Origin: Nitrospirota bacterium
GTDB taxonomy: Bacteria; Nitrospirota; Thermodesulfovibrionia; UBA6902
NCBI GenBank assembly: GCA_016207885.1
Contig: JACQZE010000003.1
Span: 421,117 to 485,116, forward strand
Reading direction: 5' to 3'
DNA: 64,000 nt
Shown: in pieces, positions 18,807 to 32,544 of the stretch
How the letters are laid out: every line of letters starts with the position of its first letter
How positions within the stretch are numbered: the first letter of the stretch is position 1
Made by a program: the position numbers and the translations under genes
Notes under the pieces: model-generated
The model's database searches: none
What the model was told of the DNA's origin: nothing
The model's input: only the letters and a program-made list of their open reading frames with translations

Positions 18807-18998
18807 ATGGTTTCACTAAAAAATAAGATAGAGAGCTACGAAAAGAGTTCAATAATTCATGCGCTTGTTGAATGCGACTGGGTGATGGCAAAGGCGGCGA
18901 GACAGTTAGGCATCACTGAGAGGATGATCGGTTACAAGATTAAAAAATACGGAATAAGGAGGGAGGAAGGAAAAGACAGGGTTTCAGGCAGTACATAA
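18807..18998 (+). CDS. stand-alone Fis/NtrC/NifA-type HTH (HTH_8) mini-protein, or remnant of an activator C-terminus
   Basis: IESYEKSSIIHALVECDWVMAKAARQLGITERMIGYKIKKYGI closely matches the C-terminal DNA-binding helix-turn-helix of sigma-54 activators and Fis. The ATG is about 12 nt downstream of the -12 element, so the transcript would be leaderless. Confidence 0.45.
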   Translation: MVSLKNKIESYEKSSIIHALVECDWVMAKAARQLGITERMIGYKIKKYGIRREEGKDRVSGST

Positions 18999-19070
18999 GG
19001 GCACATTGTAATACGCCCGTCAAAAATAAGCGCAGGCGTTAGCCTGCGGCATAAAAATCAGGAGGATAAG

Positions 19071-19777
19071 ATGAAAATTTTCAGAGTTGTTGCAGTAAAA
19101 ATGATTTTACTTGTAATGTTTGCAGGCATCGCTTCTGCCACACCGTCAACACAGATATGGATACCATCGTCCGATATTCAGGCGTTTAAAATATCAAGAC
19201 AGAAAGCCAGGACGGCGTTAACGAAGCGACCGTCACAAATTTAGGTTTGACCGTTGGCGTGCTGCCTTTTGAGAAGGTTCAGGCTGAGGTCGGGGTGGAT
19301 TACAGGGATGCCAACGGTAATCATGAATACCCCCTTCTGTTCAATGTAAAGTTAGGCACACCCGAAGGCGTGTTATTTGAGGGTTCGCCTGCAATAGCGG
19401 TTGGAGGATATGATTTCGGAACAGAGAGCGATGTAAGCGACTATAACCTTGTCTACGGCATTGTGGCAAAGACCTTCGGGCCGGTTGGCAGGATCTCAGC
19501 CGGATATTACACCGGCAACAAAGACCTTTTGCTTGATATAGACGGCAATAAAGATAATACAGGCGTGCTCCTTTCATGGGACAGGACCATCTCTGAAATA
19601 TCGGACAAGCTCTGGGCCGCTGTCGATTATCAGGGAGGAAAGAACGGTTACGGAGCTTTGAGCTTTGGCGCGGCATGGAAATTCGCTCCGAACGTAGGCG
19701 TGATATTCGGTTATGATATTTATAATGAGAGCGTTCTTAAACCGACTGCGACCATACAGTTGGATGTAGACTTTTAA
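19071..19777 (+). pseudogene. small outer-membrane beta-barrel (porin-like) protein, signal peptide and barrel in different frames
   Basis: The ATG at 19071 encodes the signal peptide MKIFRVVAVKMILLVMFAGIASA TPSTQIWIPSSDIQAFK. The barrel ORF (from 19190 in the +2 frame) ends ...IQLDVDF with a C-terminal Phe. A 1-nt indel in the A-run near 19187-19192 would fuse the two frames. Confidence 0.5.
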
Positions 19778-19795
19778 TAGAAGGAGGGAAATGAA

Positions 19796-21103
19796 ATGAA
19801 ACGATTATCAAGTATTTTATTTGCTGCGCTGACACTATTGAGCATCGCGGGTTTTGCCTTTGCAGAAGGGGCTGCGCCCACGGTTGATACCGGCGATACG
19901 TCGTGGATGCTGATCTCAACCGCGCTTGTCATGCTGATGACGCCGGGGCTCGCGTTATTTTACGGCGGCATGGTGAGGCGGAAGAACGTGCTGGGAACGA
20001 TAATGCAGAGCTTTATCGCCCTCGGTGTCGTAACCATTATCTGGGTGCTTTACGGTTACAGCCTGTCGTTCGGGCCGGATGTCGGGCATGTCATAGGCAA
20101 TCTCGACTGGGCCTTCTTAAACGGCGTAGGGCTTGAGCCGAATACGGATTACGCGGCAACGATACCGCATCAGACCTTTATGATATTCCAGATGATGTTC
20201 GCCGTCATCACTCCCGCGCTTATAACAGGAGCGTTTGCCGAGCGGTTCAAGTTCAGCACGTATCTCGTCTTCATTGTGGTATGGGTAACGTTTGTATACT
20301 TCCCGCTTGCTCACTGGGTATGGGGAGTCGGAGGATGGATAAGGAATCTCGGCGCGCTTGATTTCGCAGGCGGCCTGGTAGTTCATATCAGTTCAGGTGT
20401 ATCGGCGCTGGCTGCGGCGATAGTTGTAGGCAAGAGAAAGGGTTACGGCAAGGAAGCGATGATGCCGCATAACGTCACAATGACGCTGCTCGGAGCCGGG
20501 TTATTGTGGTTCGGATGGTTCGGGTTTAACGGTGGAAGCGCGGTCGCGTCAGGAGCTCTTGCGACATCAGCCTTTGTTGTTACGCATATCGCAACGGCAG
20601 CGGCTGCATTATCATGGACGTTTGCTGAATGGAAGCACAGGGGCAAACCGACAGCACTCGGCGCAGCATCAGGCGCGGTTGCCGGGCTTGTCGCGATCAC
20701 CCCGGCCTCAGGTTTTGTCGGGCCTATGTCATCAATAGTTATCGGCCTTGTGGCAGGCGTCTTATGTTACTGGGCGGTAAATCTCAAGACAAAATTCGGC
20801 TACGATGACTCGCTGGATGCGGTGGGAGTTCACGGTGTAGGCGGCACATGGGGCGCGATAGCTACCGGCTTATTCGCTTCAAAGGCGATTAATGCGGCAG
20901 GCAATGACGGCCTGTTTTTTGGAAATTCGTCTCTCATGATGAATCAATTGATAAGCATCGGCGCCTGCTGGGTCTATTCCTTTGTGGCCACATTGATCAT
21001 ATTAAAGATTCTCGATGCAATGATGGGGCTGAGGGTTGACGAAGAGAGCGAAATGGCAGGATTAGACCATGCGCAGCATGGGGAAAGCGGATACACATTA
21101 TAA
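19796..21103 (+). CDS. amt: ammonium transporter
   Basis: 435 aa with an N-terminal signal. Contains the Amt signatures LALFYGGMVRRKN, FAERFKF and DFAGGLVVH. Confidence 0.9.
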   Translation: MKRLSSILFAALTLLSIAGFAFAEGAAPTVDTGDTSWMLISTALVMLMTPGLALFYGGMVRRKNVLGTIMQSFIALGVVTIIWVLYGYSLSFGPDVGHVIGNLDWAFLNGVGLEPNTDYAATIPHQTFMIFQMMFAVITPALITGAFAERFKFSTYLVFIVVWVTFVYFPLAHWVWGVGGWIRNLGALDFAGGLVVHISSGVSALAAAIVVGKRKGYGKEAMMPHNVTMTLLGAGLLWFGWFGFNGGSAVASGALATSAFVVTHIATAAAALSWTFAEWKHRGKPTALGAASGAVAGLVAITPASGFVGPMSSIVIGLVAGVLCYWAVNLKTKFGYDDSLDAVGVHGVGGTWGAIATGLFASKAINAAGNDGLFFGNSSLMMNQLISIGACWVYSFVATLIILKILDAMMGLRVDEESEMAGLDHAQHGESGYTL

Positions 21104-21469
<366 letters not shown>

Positions 21470-21478
21470 CAGGCGATA

Positions 21479-21521
21479 GCTGTCCTACATTTTTGTCGGA
21501 GCTACAAAAATGTAGGACAGC
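21479..21521 (+). terminator. long perfect hairpin after glnK (18-bp stem)
   Basis: GCTGTCCTACATTTTTGT cggagc TACAAAAATGTAGGACAGC, followed by ttgatttgt. Confidence 0.45.
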
Positions 21522-21557
21522 TTGATTTGTAACCCATTAACAATAAAGAGTTTTAAG

Positions 21558-21575
21558 CTGGTACGCTTCTTGATA
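21558..21575 (+). promoter_or_regulatory. degenerate sigma-54-like promoter (TGGTAC-N5-TTGAT)
   Basis: 14 of 17 positions are identical to the promoter at 18779, but the -12 GC is replaced by GA. Weak. Confidence 0.25.
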
Positions 21576-21600
21576 TATAGCATACGCTTATTGGCCTTAA

Positions 21601-23305
<1,705 letters not shown>

Positions 23306-23306
<1 letters not shown>

Positions 23307-23989
23307 TGTCAGTTCTTATCATAAAAAACATAAAGTCTGAGGGCCCCGGAACGATCGAGGGCTTTCTTAAGGCAAAAGGCATGGAATACAGCATTATTGA
23401 CCTGTCCGACTGCAAGGCCGAGATCCCTGACACAAGGGATTATTCCCATCTTGTAGTTATGGGCGGGCCCATGGCTGTATATGAAATGGACGACCATTCA
23501 TTTCTCAGTTATGAAGCCGCGATAATCAGGGCCTTTATTAAAAATGGAAAGCCTGTGCTGGGCATCTGCCTCGGCGCGCAGATGATAGCATACGCGCTTG
23601 GAGCAAGGGTCTACGCCGGCGCGGTAAAAGAGGTCGGATGGCATGAGGCCCGCATAACAGAAGAGGGCATGAAAGATCCCGCATTTGCAGCCCTGTCCGT
23701 AAACGGCGGGCCTTTCGCAGAGGTCTTTCAGTGGCATGGCGACACCTTCGACCTGCCGCAAAAAGCTGTGAGAACGGCCTTTTCAGACAAGTATGAAAAT
23801 CAGTCGTTCAGATACGGAGATAACATCCATGCGCTTCAGTTCCATATAGAGGTCACTCCTGAGATCATCAGGGAATGGTTCGCGGATCAAAAGGGAGAAG
23901 ATATCGACAATATGCTAAGGCATTCAGAGAACGTGTACCCTGAATATCACAAAAGGGCTCTGAAATTTTACGAGAAGTTTTTTGCTTAA
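23306..23989 (+). CDS. class I glutamine amidotransferase (GuaA N-domain-like)
   Basis: GPMAVYE, VLGICLGAQM (nucleophile Cys) and QFHIE (the His/Glu of the catalytic triad). Confidence 0.75.
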
Positions 23990-24000
23990 AGCCTTGTTGT

Positions 24001-24150
24001 TATTCCCCCTTATAAAAGCCAACAGTAGGCGCTTTAAGCGGGGGATACAGGGGGATGTTGAGATAAAACACACCCCCTAACCCCTCTTATTAGAGGGGAT
24101 GATTCCGGTCAAGCCAACAGTAGGCAAGACGAAGCCGCCGGAATGACATA
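24001..24150. repeat. composite palindromic element cluster, intergenic (GATase-glnA)
   Basis: tattCCCCCttataaaagccaacagtaggcgctttaagcGGGGGatacaGGGGGatg ... cacaCCCCCtaaCCCCTCTTATTAGAGGGGatgattccggtcaagccaacagtaggcaag...gccgccggaatgac. Confidence 0.75.
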
Positions 24151-24168
24151 AAAATATTAAACTAAAAC

Positions 24169-24187
24169 TGTCAACTTATAGCTGACA
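24169..24187 (+). promoter_or_regulatory. TGTCA-N9-TGACA palindrome 23 nt upstream of glnA
   Basis: tgtcaacttatagctgaca has perfect 5-bp arms. It resembles, but does not match in spacing, the GlnR/TnrA TGTNA-N7-TNACA box. Confidence 0.35.
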
Positions 24188-24209
24188 ATTAAATCCAAAG
24201 GAGGAAAAA

Positions 24210-25622
24210 ATGACACCAAAAGACGTACTGAAAATGGCTCAGGAGAACAAGGCCGTAATGGCCAACTTCAAGTTCCTTGATTTCCCGGGAATTTGGCAGC
24301 ATTTTGCCGTGCCTGTTGACGAACTCAAGGAGGAAATATTTGAGGAAGGCCTCGGATTCGACGGCTCATCCATCAGGGGATGGCAGGCGATAAACACATC
24401 GGACATGCTCATTATGCCCGATCCGAACACGGCATTCATGGATCCATTCATGAAGTACCCGACGATCAGCCTTATCTGCAACATCGTGGATCCGATTACA
24501 AAGGAGTTCTACACAAGAGACCCGAGATACATCGCGCAGAAGGCAGAGGCGTATCTTAAATCAACCGGCGTGGGAGACACCGCATACTTCGGGCCTGAGG
24601 CTGAGTTCTTCATCTTTGACGGCATAAGGTTCGATCAGAATTCCCACAGCGGCTACTACCATATCGACTCTGTAGAAGGCATCTGGAATTCCGGCAGGGA
24701 GGAGAATCCAAACCTCGGTTACAAACCCAGGCATAAAGAAGGATATTTCCCTGTCCCGCCGACAGACAGCCAGGTTGACATAAGGACAGAGATGGTCATG
24801 GAGATGATCAAGTGCGGCATCTATGTCGAAAGGGAACATCATGAGGTCGCAACAGCAGGACAGGCTGAGATTGACATGAGATTCGATTCGCTTGTCAACA
24901 TGGCTGACAAGAACATGCTCTTTAAATACATAGTCAAAAACGTGGCAAAGCGTAACGGCAAGACAGCGACATTTATGCCAAAGCCATTATTCGGCGACAA
25001 CGGCTCAGGCATGCACGTTCACCAGAGCATATGGAAAGGCGGAAAGCCGCTCTTCGCAGGCAATGGTTATGCCGGCTTAAGCGAGATGGCAATCTACTAC
25101 ATCGGCGGCGTATTGAAGCACGCAAAGTCGCTTGCAGCTCTGACCAATCCGACCACAAATTCATATAAGAGACTGACTCCGGGATTCGAAGCTCCGGTAA
25201 ATCTCGCATACTCAGCGAGAAACCGTTCAGCGTCAATAAGGATACCGACCTACTCGGCAAATCCGAAGGCAAAGAGGGTTGAGGTGAGGTTCCCTGACCC
25301 GTCATGCAACACATACCTCGCCTTTGCAGCTATGCTCATGGCAGGCCTTGACGGGATCGAGAACAAGATCAATCCGGGCGAACCGCTGGATAAGGATCTT
25401 TACGATCTGCCGGCAGAGGAGCTTAAGAACATCCCGCAGATGCCGGGCAGCCTTGACGAGGCGCTTGACGCTCTTGAGAAAGACCACGCATTCCTTCTGA
25501 AAGGCAATGTCTTCACGGAAGACGCCATTTCAAAATGGATAGACTACAAGAGGACAAATGAGGTAGACGCGCTCAGGCTCAGGCCGCATCCGTACGAGTT
25601 CTTCCTGTATTACGATATTTAA
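24210..25622 (+). CDS. glnA: glutamine synthetase type I
   Basis: 470 aa with ...[12 protein letters not shown]...[10 protein letters not shown]...GSGMHVHQS... RBS GGAGGA. Confidence 0.95.
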   Translation: MTPKDVLKMAQENKAVMANFKFLDFPGIWQHFAVPVDELKEEIFEEGLGFDGSSIRGWQAINTSDMLIMPDPNTAFMDPFMKYPTISLICNIVDPITKEFYTRDPRYIAQKAEAYLKSTGVGDTAYFGPEAEFFIFDGIRFDQNSHSGYYHIDSVEGIWNSGREENPNLGYKPRHKEGYFPVPPTDSQVDIRTEMVMEMIKCGIYVEREHHEVATAGQAEIDMRFDSLVNMADKNMLFKYIVKNVAKRNGKTATFMPKPLFGDNGSGMHVHQSIWKGGKPLFAGNGYAGLSEMAIYYIGGVLKHAKSLAALTNPTTNSYKRLTPGFEAPVNLAYSARNRSASIRIPTYSANPKAKRVEVRFPDPSCNTYLAFAAMLMAGLDGIENKINPGEPLDKDLYDLPAEELKNIPQMPGSLDEALDALEKDHAFLLKGNVFTEDAISKWIDYKRTNEVDALRLRPHPYEFFLYYDI

Positions 25623-25639
25623 TAGATTCTCTTTGGATA

Positions 25640-25690
25640 GCAAAAAAAGGCTCAGGCTGATGATTCAGTCTGGGCCTTTCTTTTGCATTC
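25640..25690. terminator. bidirectional-looking terminator hairpin after glnA
   Basis: aaaaaaaGGCTCAGGCTGAtgatTCAGTCTGGGCCtttcttttg has an A-run upstream and a T-run downstream. Confidence 0.5.
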
Positions 25691-25725
25691 TTACCTGTTC
25701 TTATTCTAAAGTTATGGAATCTATC

Positions 25726-28441
25726 TTAATCGTCCTTATATCTCCTGAAATTCTTTACCAGCTTTTCAAAGGTATCCGGCTTATACTTTTCAAAGTCTCC
25801 TTCATCCACAAAGACAAAATTAAACCTGCATTTTTTCTGTGATGCATTGATGTCCGCGCACCAGTTTTTCAGCCGTTCCATTTTCAAAGGCACATCAAGG
25901 TCTTCAAGGCCTTTCGTCTCCACAATATATGTTTCCTTTTCATTGGCCTTGACTATAAAGTCCGGGTAGTAATTTGAGATGCTGCCGTCGGCAGTCACAT
26001 AGTCGAGCCTGAAATGAACGGCAAGGTAGTTCTTTGCGTAAGAAATAATATCTGGGCATTGCTCCAGGAATGATGCAAAGAGGAGTTCAAGGCGGCTGTC
26101 TCCGATGATTTTATTGAAGATGCTTTTTTGAGGAATGAGAAAGCCCTGATCCTTCACAACAAACGGCCTTGTCTGCCGCAATTTAATATAGTCCCGTATC
26201 TCGGCGCTTCCTTTATCAACCACTGTAAGCTCATTTATCTTTTTCTTGAATGTCTCAATTATAGTCTTGCTTGCCTCAAGCTCAGAGAGATTGCGGATTG
26301 TGTTCAGATCGTCAATATCCGCAATCCTGTCAAACAGATGTTCGGCTATAAAGGTTTTTACCTTTCCATAAAGCACATCATAACCGCTTATCAGGCGGAG
26401 GTCTTTCATAATGACCTGTGCAAAGTAGCCGATTACGCTCCGGCAATCGGCAGCCATTGCCGAATCAAGATATGTCGTGTGCGTAATCTCACCGGTTGTT
26501 ATATCTTTAAAAACAATCTCCCTTTTCTCCTCTTCGGAAAATTGCCTGTACTCCACCTTTCTTGTGCCGAACATTGAGGGCGCAAGCTCTTCAAGATTTT
26601 TGTATTCCCTGTATATCCTTGGGGAAAGCACAGGGATTTCTATATCAAGCCCGTCAATGTCCTTTTTCCTGTTTTCATTGTCTATCTCAATAATGATCGG
26701 CGCCTTTGCAGCAGTGCCTTCACCCATCGGCTTGCGCTCAAGCTCAACGCCCTCGCTCTGGATGGACTCAACAAAATCCATAAAGGCATTGGTCCCGACA
26801 ACGCTGACATACTCTGTCGTATCAGTTCCCGGATACATCCTTCTCAATCCCCGGCCGAGCGTCTGCTCCGGCAGGATATTGCTCTTTGCTGCATACGCCC
26901 TTAAGCCGACGATGGTAGTTACGTTCCTGACATCCCAGCCTTCCTTGAGCATGAGGACCGAGACAATTGCCTTATACTGGCTTTCCATTCCGTCAATCTT
27001 GTTGGACGCCTTTCTCAGCTTTTCAAGCTCATCTTTGGACTTCTTAGAATCAGCCTCGGAGATCTCACCGTTATTGTTCGTATGAATAACAAGCACGGCG
27101 TCTTTAAATTCAGGATAAGTATTCTCAAGATGTTCTGCCACATCATCACAGTTTTTTGTGTCATCCGTCATTATGAAAAGCACAGCCTTTTTACTCATCT
27201 TCTCATGTTCGGCATATGCCTTGCGCCATTCTTCCACGCCAAGCGCAATATAGTCAGCGTATTTTTCCGTATAGCGTGAGCTTTGACGCTCCTGAAGTTT
27301 TGTCCGGCTTGCCGCATCCGGCAATACGGGATGCTTGACCACGTTCTGCGTAATTGCCTCAACAAGCGGATAATCCGAGACCGTCTGCACAAAGATCGCC
27401 CCGTTATTGTGCTTGGGAGTTGCCGTTACATCTATTTGCAGAGAGAGGAAATGGTCCTTCTGCTTCAGGCGGTTGTGGATGTCTTCAATGGATTTAAACC
27501 ACGCCAGACGGTTGTCATGGATGTGGTGAGCCTCATCATTAATGACAATAAGCTCGTCAATTTCACGGACAATGACACCGAGGTCAACCTTTGAGTCAGT
27601 GGTTTTACCCGTGGGCCTTTTACCGAGAAAGTAGTCCGTCAAATCATCATCGTCAAAGTTCGGCTCAATGTCATCTCCGGCATATACGCGATGGATATTT
27701 GTGAGAAAGATATTGCCGGTCTTTCGGATAATGGACACATCATCCTGAATATGCAAGGTCAGTTGAAAATCGTCCTGCCAATTCCTGCCCTCATAGCCAT
27801 TATCCGGCAAGAGCGGGTCATCAAAGAAAACCCGAAGCCCGTCAAAGTCAGCACGAAGACGGTCAAGGACAATAATATTAGGCGCAATGATAAGGAAGTT
27901 TGTTGACAGCTTTGAATCAGGCTCATAGAGCTTGTGGAAATAACACCATGTAACTACGAGGCTCATAACCTTTGTCTTGCCGCTTCCGGTTGCCATTTTT
28001 ATGACAAGACGAAGCCAGTCTTCATAAAACATCCCTGCGGATACCGCTCCTGATGAGTCATAACGTATCAGGTCGTATTTGTCTTTGACCTTAACAACTT
28101 CATAGAGATAAATAACCGTTTCAATAGCCTCGCGCTGGGCAAAATAATAACGAAACTCATACCCCCCTTTATTTCCCCCCTTATCAAGGGGGGATTGAGG
28201 GGGGGTAAGGAATAATGTGTTCCGTTTTGAACCACCAGTTAATCAGGGCTTTGCTTGTTTCAGTTGCGCCATCATAACCGGAATCACGCCATTGTTTAAC
28301 ATCCCTTCGTATTTTATTGACCAGCGGAGGCAGGAGTTTGCCATAACTTGATTCCCACAAAGCCTCATCAGCCGGAAACCAGCGGATATCGGGATGAAGT
28401 ATTTCATAGGAGGAATTTGGGAATGAAGGATGAATTGCCAT
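25726..28441 (-). CDS. res: type III restriction enzyme Res subunit (helicase), split by a frame change inside a palindromic-repeat insertion
   Basis: The 768-aa ORF 25726..28032 starts at Walker A (TGSGKT) and carries the DEAH box (IVINDEAHH) plus a C-terminal endonuclease region. The N-terminal 85 aa (28184..28441, ...ALINWWFKTEHIIPYPPSIPP) are in another frame. The helicase frame reads through the repeat as ...SLPPLNPPLDKGGNKGGYEF... back to a stop at 28240. Confidence 0.6.
28156..28210. repeat. palindromic element copy inside res (at the frame break)
   Basis: ataCCCCCCtttatttCCCCCCTTATCAAGGGGGGattgaGGGGGGGtaagg contains C6-7 and G6-7 homopolymers. Confidence 0.75.
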
Positions 28442-28672
28442 AGTCTTTAAATGAATTTTAGATTTAGTTTACATTTCATAACTTATTAATTTTTAAGGGC
28501 TTTCAACTTATGCTAAAGCTGTTCTAAATCAATTATAGATTTAATTAACAAGCGTCCAATACGTTACATCCCTTGTACCCACTTCAGATTTTGCGTCTAA
28601 ATAGCAACCCTCTGATTCTACAAGAAAATATCAGGGATCCTGCCTTTCTAAACCCTATCGTCTAAATAACGA

Positions 28673-30080
28673 TCAGGCCCAATATGGCACATACTTGGCA
28701 TAACGTTTTGACTTGCTATCTGGATCGTCCAGCTTTACCAGACCTTCATCAACTGCATCTGAAATAATACGTGATATTGTTTCTGCCTTGATCTCTGGCA
28801 ACTTGAAACGCTCTCGCAGGCTCTGGTTTGTCATTTTTTTGTTACTGACATACCGTAAACAACAGTGCTGATAACAAGCCCTGCTTCGCTCTTTTCTGTC
28901 CATCTCCTCAAATGCTTTGTGTGCAAACAAGATAACACTTGTATTACGCTCTCCAACGCGGAAATCAGGAGCTGGCAACTGCCATGCCTCAGCCAGCCCG
29001 ACCACTTTGTCAATGCCGCTGCTCTTTTCTTCGCATATTCCAAAACGCCGCATTAAATCGGCCAGTCGATCATTGCGAGCTTTATACTCATCAATAAAGC
29101 GGTCAGGAGGAATTAACGGTTTGCCGGGATTAGAAATCTCAATTCGATCAGAATATATTTCTACCATAACAAACGAGCCGAAATCCTCTACATCCTGATG
29201 GATGAGAGCATTTGCAACCAGTTCCCGAATAGCGAGTTCAGGATACATCCGCACATCGCTTCGAAGTGCCTGGCCAACCACTTCATTCGCGGGCAACTGG
29301 CTATTTATAAAATCGATAAGTCCCTCGAACCCGACTGCATACCCTTTAGTGCCCGGCTGATCCCGAACAGTCTCAAGTTTGTTTGAGCCACGATAAACAA
29401 TCACCCTTGGCTTTGCGTTGAAGTCCGTTGAAATCGCGCAGATCCTTGGCCAGTAAAATAGCTCCAAGATTTGTAATGTCCCAGCCATTGCTGTTTTTTA
29501 TAATAAGATGTTCGCTCTCACAACGAGCTAAGACTCCATCTCGATTAGCGGGATAAGGGAGTTTGAGCAATTCGAACAGGCTTTGTGTATCAAGAAGGCG
29601 TACAACCTTGTCAGCATCAGCGCCTTTTAAGGCAGGGCGTAAAAGGAATTCGGGCTTCCCCTCATCGAAAATCCGGCGGAGAAGGTCCTCGGTCATAGGC
29701 ACAAGGTCTTCACCCGCCCTCATGAGATATGCCCCTTCAAAGGCCAGAGCCGTTCCTGCCGGACGGGAAGGTACAATGAAAACGAGAACTCGCCCATCGG
29801 GATGAGAAACTTCTTCAATCTCTACCCTTATGCGCAGTGTTTCGGCAATACGTGCCTTGATGGCACCAAGGTCAGAAAAAGCAAGCGTTCCTACCACTCT
29901 CCGGGGCAGACGGTTTGACACTCCCAATACCAGTTGGCCGCCGCCTTCATTAGCAAGCGCTACGCAATAGCGCAACAGTTTCACTGTATCAAATTGCTGT
30001 TTGGCCTCTTTAAATTCCAGCCGCTCATGTTCTCGGGGAACGGTCAGTAATTGGTCAATGGCATCCGGTGTCCAGCTCAC
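28673..30080 (-). pseudogene. AlbA_2 (divergent AAA/Schlafen-like) + HATPase_c_4 domain protein, split into two overlapping ORFs
   Basis: ORF 29373..30080 carries the AlbA_2 N-domain (EHERLEFKE..., ...NLGAILLAKDLRDF). ORF 28673..29488 carries the ELVANALIHQD...IEISNPG HATPase_c_4 core. The frames switch within the microrepeat gaTTTCAACGgaCTTCAACGc (about 29420-29440). Confidence 0.55.
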
Positions 30081-32365
30081 ACCCCCACCTCCACAATTTT
30101 CATCGTATCATTTCCGAATATGTCCACAACCTTGACGGCAATTTTATAGCGTCCTTTCTGGCATTCATGAAACGGGGTTTTTAGTTCGAGCGTCCGGTCT
30201 TTTTTTGTGCGGAAGCTCTGCCATTCGTTTTCAAATACAAAGTCGCCTGTCCAGACTTCTTCTATTTCGTTGGTCTCATCTTTTTTTACTCTGACGATCT
30301 CGCGCCTGCTTTCAAAGTTGAAATCCACGCTCCAGTAATCTATCCAGTCTGTCCAGTTTTTGGTAAGAACTTCTTTGGTTACGATACCGTCCTTGTCCTT
30401 CATGACCTTTACGATCTTGCCCTGCTCGACAACGATTTTATTTGCGCCGTTTTTCAGGCTTGTGGCTGCATTGTCTATGCTGTCCTGTGAGTAGTAGACG
30501 GAGAAGTCGGTAAGCTCGACGGCCACCCCCCTCTTTCCCCCCTTACTAAGGGGGGATGAAAGGGGGGTCACATGCGGCTTTACCTCAATGAAAGACACAT
30601 CGTGAAAAACAACCTGGTTCTTCTCTACCGCACGTTTGTCAAAGACCTCGCGGGGGATGTATTTCATGGCAAGGTCAATGCCTTTTGACTTTGCCTCTTC
30701 CTGAATATTCGGGAACAGTCCCATCTCAAACTCAAAGGCGAGGACGTCCACACGGGAAATGCGTTTTGAGCGGCACTCAAGTATGACCTCTTCTACAAAG
30801 AGCCTTGTTACGGGCAGGTTGACTGGCCCCACGGCAACCATGCGTCCCGCCTTTTTGCCCTGAAAGCATCTGAAGTTCTCAATTGTCTCCGCGCGGTAGG
30901 CATGGAGGATAAGGTTGATAAAGTCTTTTTCCTTTTGCTCAAGCTGTTTCTGTTTCTCTTCTTCCCGAAGGTTTAGATTCACGCCGATATAGTGCGCCCG
31001 CTCGTACTTGCCGAGATTGAGGATTTCAAAAGCACGGAAGTCCTTGCCCTCTTCCTTCAACTGCCGCTGAACGCCGATCATGCGCTTGCGGGTTGTGTGA
31101 ATGGCGAACTTGCCGAGGTCTGAGCCGATCCACTTACGCCCCAGCTTTTCAGCAACGGCAAGCGTGGTGCCGGAGCCGCAGAAGAAGTCGGCCACGATGT
31201 CGTTTTCGTTGCTACTGGCTTTGATGATGCGATCGAGAAGTGCTTCGGGTTTTTGGGTGGGGTAGCCTGTACCTTGGGTTGAGGATGCGCCAAGCCCAGT
31301 GATATCATCCCACAAGGACTGAACAGAAACACCTAAACCATCATCCAAATATTGTTTCTTCTGAGGAACTGTTCCTGGTGAAGTCTGAACAATCAACTCG
31401 TTAGCCAGCAAGTCTTTCATAGTTGCCTCGCTGTAACGCCAGTATCGCGTAACGCCCATAATTTCATAGCTGGGGTTTCCCTTAGCCGCACCGCCCGGTC
31501 CGATCATGCTAACGAGTCTATATTTTCTTCCTGTGCCTGGATCGGTATATTTGAAGAATGAATCAATGTATTCCTGCGAGTACGGAAGAAACACATTATT
31601 GAAGACGTAGGCCTGAGATTTTGCGTAGGCAAATATAGTGTCCGTATTTGCCCCCATGTACTTGCTACCTTGTCCTATGTTGCCTTTTACTGTGTGCGCG
31701 CGTTTCCATGTAATTTCATTGATGAAGTTGTCTGTTCCGAAAACCTCATTCAACACAAGCCGAATATAAGCACTTACCCGCCAATCACAATGCACATAAA
31801 TACTCCCATCCTCTGCAAGCAAATCCCGCATGAGAGAAAGCCGTTCATAAATCATTGCAATGAAGCTGTCAGCGCCTTTGCCCCATGTATCGCGGTAGGC
31901 TAATTCTTCAAGCACATTAGGTTTCTTGGTGAAGGTCTCATCGCCGATCTCTATATCCATCGAGAAGTCCGCGCCAACGTCAAACGGCGGGTCTATGTAG
32001 ATCAGCTTGATGCCGCCCTGCTTTTCGACCTCATCACGGAGAGGGCCGTTCTTCAGGGAAGATAGAATGAGCTTGTTATCACCCCAGATAAGTTTGTTTG
32101 TCCAGCCGGACTTCTGCCGTCCCCTCGTATCGAAGAGCCCGAACTGAGCATTGGAATCATCCGGCTTCTCGGCACGCGGCTCATCCACCTGTTCAATCAC
32201 CTGAAAGGGCAGGACGATATTACAAACCTCGCTGGTCTTCCCGTTCCAGACCAGCTCCACTTCTCGCTTGTCGTCAAACAATAGAAAACGGTACTTGTCC
32301 GGCAGAGGCTTGCCGGACTCTATCAGCTTCAGTATCTCGCGCTTTTCGTTGTCAGTGAGTTTCAT
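30077..32365 (-). CDS. mod: type III restriction-modification Mod subunit (N6-adenine DNA methyltransferase)
   Basis: [14 protein letters not shown] (motif IV, DPPF) and [23 protein letters not shown] (motif I). 762 aa. Contains an in-frame repeat insertion. Confidence 0.8.
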   Translation of the reverse strand: MKLTDNEKREILKLIESGKPLPDKYRFLLFDDKREVELVWNGKTSEVCNIVLPFQVIEQVDEPRAEKPDDSNAQFGLFDTRGRQKSGWTNKLIWGDNKLILSSLKNGPLRDEVEKQGGIKLIYIDPPFDVGADFSMDIEIGDETFTKKPNVLEELAYRDTWGKGADSFIAMIYERLSLMRDLLAEDGSIYVHCDWRVSAYIRLVLNEVFGTDNFINEITWKRAHTVKGNIGQGSKYMGANTDTIFAYAKSQAYVFNNVFLPYSQEYIDSFFKYTDPGTGRKYRLVSMIGPGGAAKGNPSYEIMGVTRYWRYSEATMKDLLANELIVQTSPGTVPQKKQYLDDGLGVSVQSLWDDITGLGASSTQGTGYPTQKPEALLDRIIKASSNENDIVADFFCGSGTTLAVAEKLGRKWIGSDLGKFAIHTTRKRMIGVQRQLKEEGKDFRAFEILNLGKYERAHYIGVNLNLREEEKQKQLEQKEKDFINLILHAYRAETIENFRCFQGKKAGRMVAVGPVNLPVTRLFVEEVILECRSKRISRVDVLAFEFEMGLFPNIQEEAKSKGIDLAMKYIPREVFDKRAVEKNQVVFHDVSFIEVKPHVTPLSSPLSKGGKRGVAVELTDFSVYYSQDSIDNAATSLKNGANKIVVEQGKIVKVMKDKDGIVTKEVLTKNWTDWIDYWSVDFNFESRREIVRVKKDETNEIEEVWTGDFVFENEWQSFRTKKDRTLELKTPFHECQKGRYKIAVKVVDIFGNDTMKIVEVGV
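30524..30570. repeat. palindromic element copy inserted in-frame in mod
   Basis: ccaCCCCCtctttCCCCCCTTACTAAGGGGGGatgaaaGGGGGGtcac is translated (minus strand) as [15 protein letters not shown]. Confidence 0.75.
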
Positions 32366-32461
32366 GTGTTATGTTGGTGCAGATTCTTGGCATAGGTTTT
32401 TAGTATCTCCTGAATGATACTCGTTCCCCGATATTATATATAGATAAGCAGAAAGTTAGAA

Positions 32462-32544
32462 GCAAAAAAATGCGCGGACTTTTCAACCCGCGCACATGAT
32501 ATTCCAAGAACAGTAAATAAACTAAATCGCTACATCTCCCCTCT
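32462..32544. repeat. direct repeat copy 1 (degenerate glnB 3' end + terminator) flanking the Fic cassette
   Basis: About 85% identical over about 85 nt to 33828..33913. It contains the hairpin TGCGCGGacttttcaaCCCGCGCA preceded by A7 (an intrinsic terminator on the minus strand), and a degenerate remnant of the glnB last codons (..RGEM* versus ..RGEAAI*). Confidence 0.7.
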
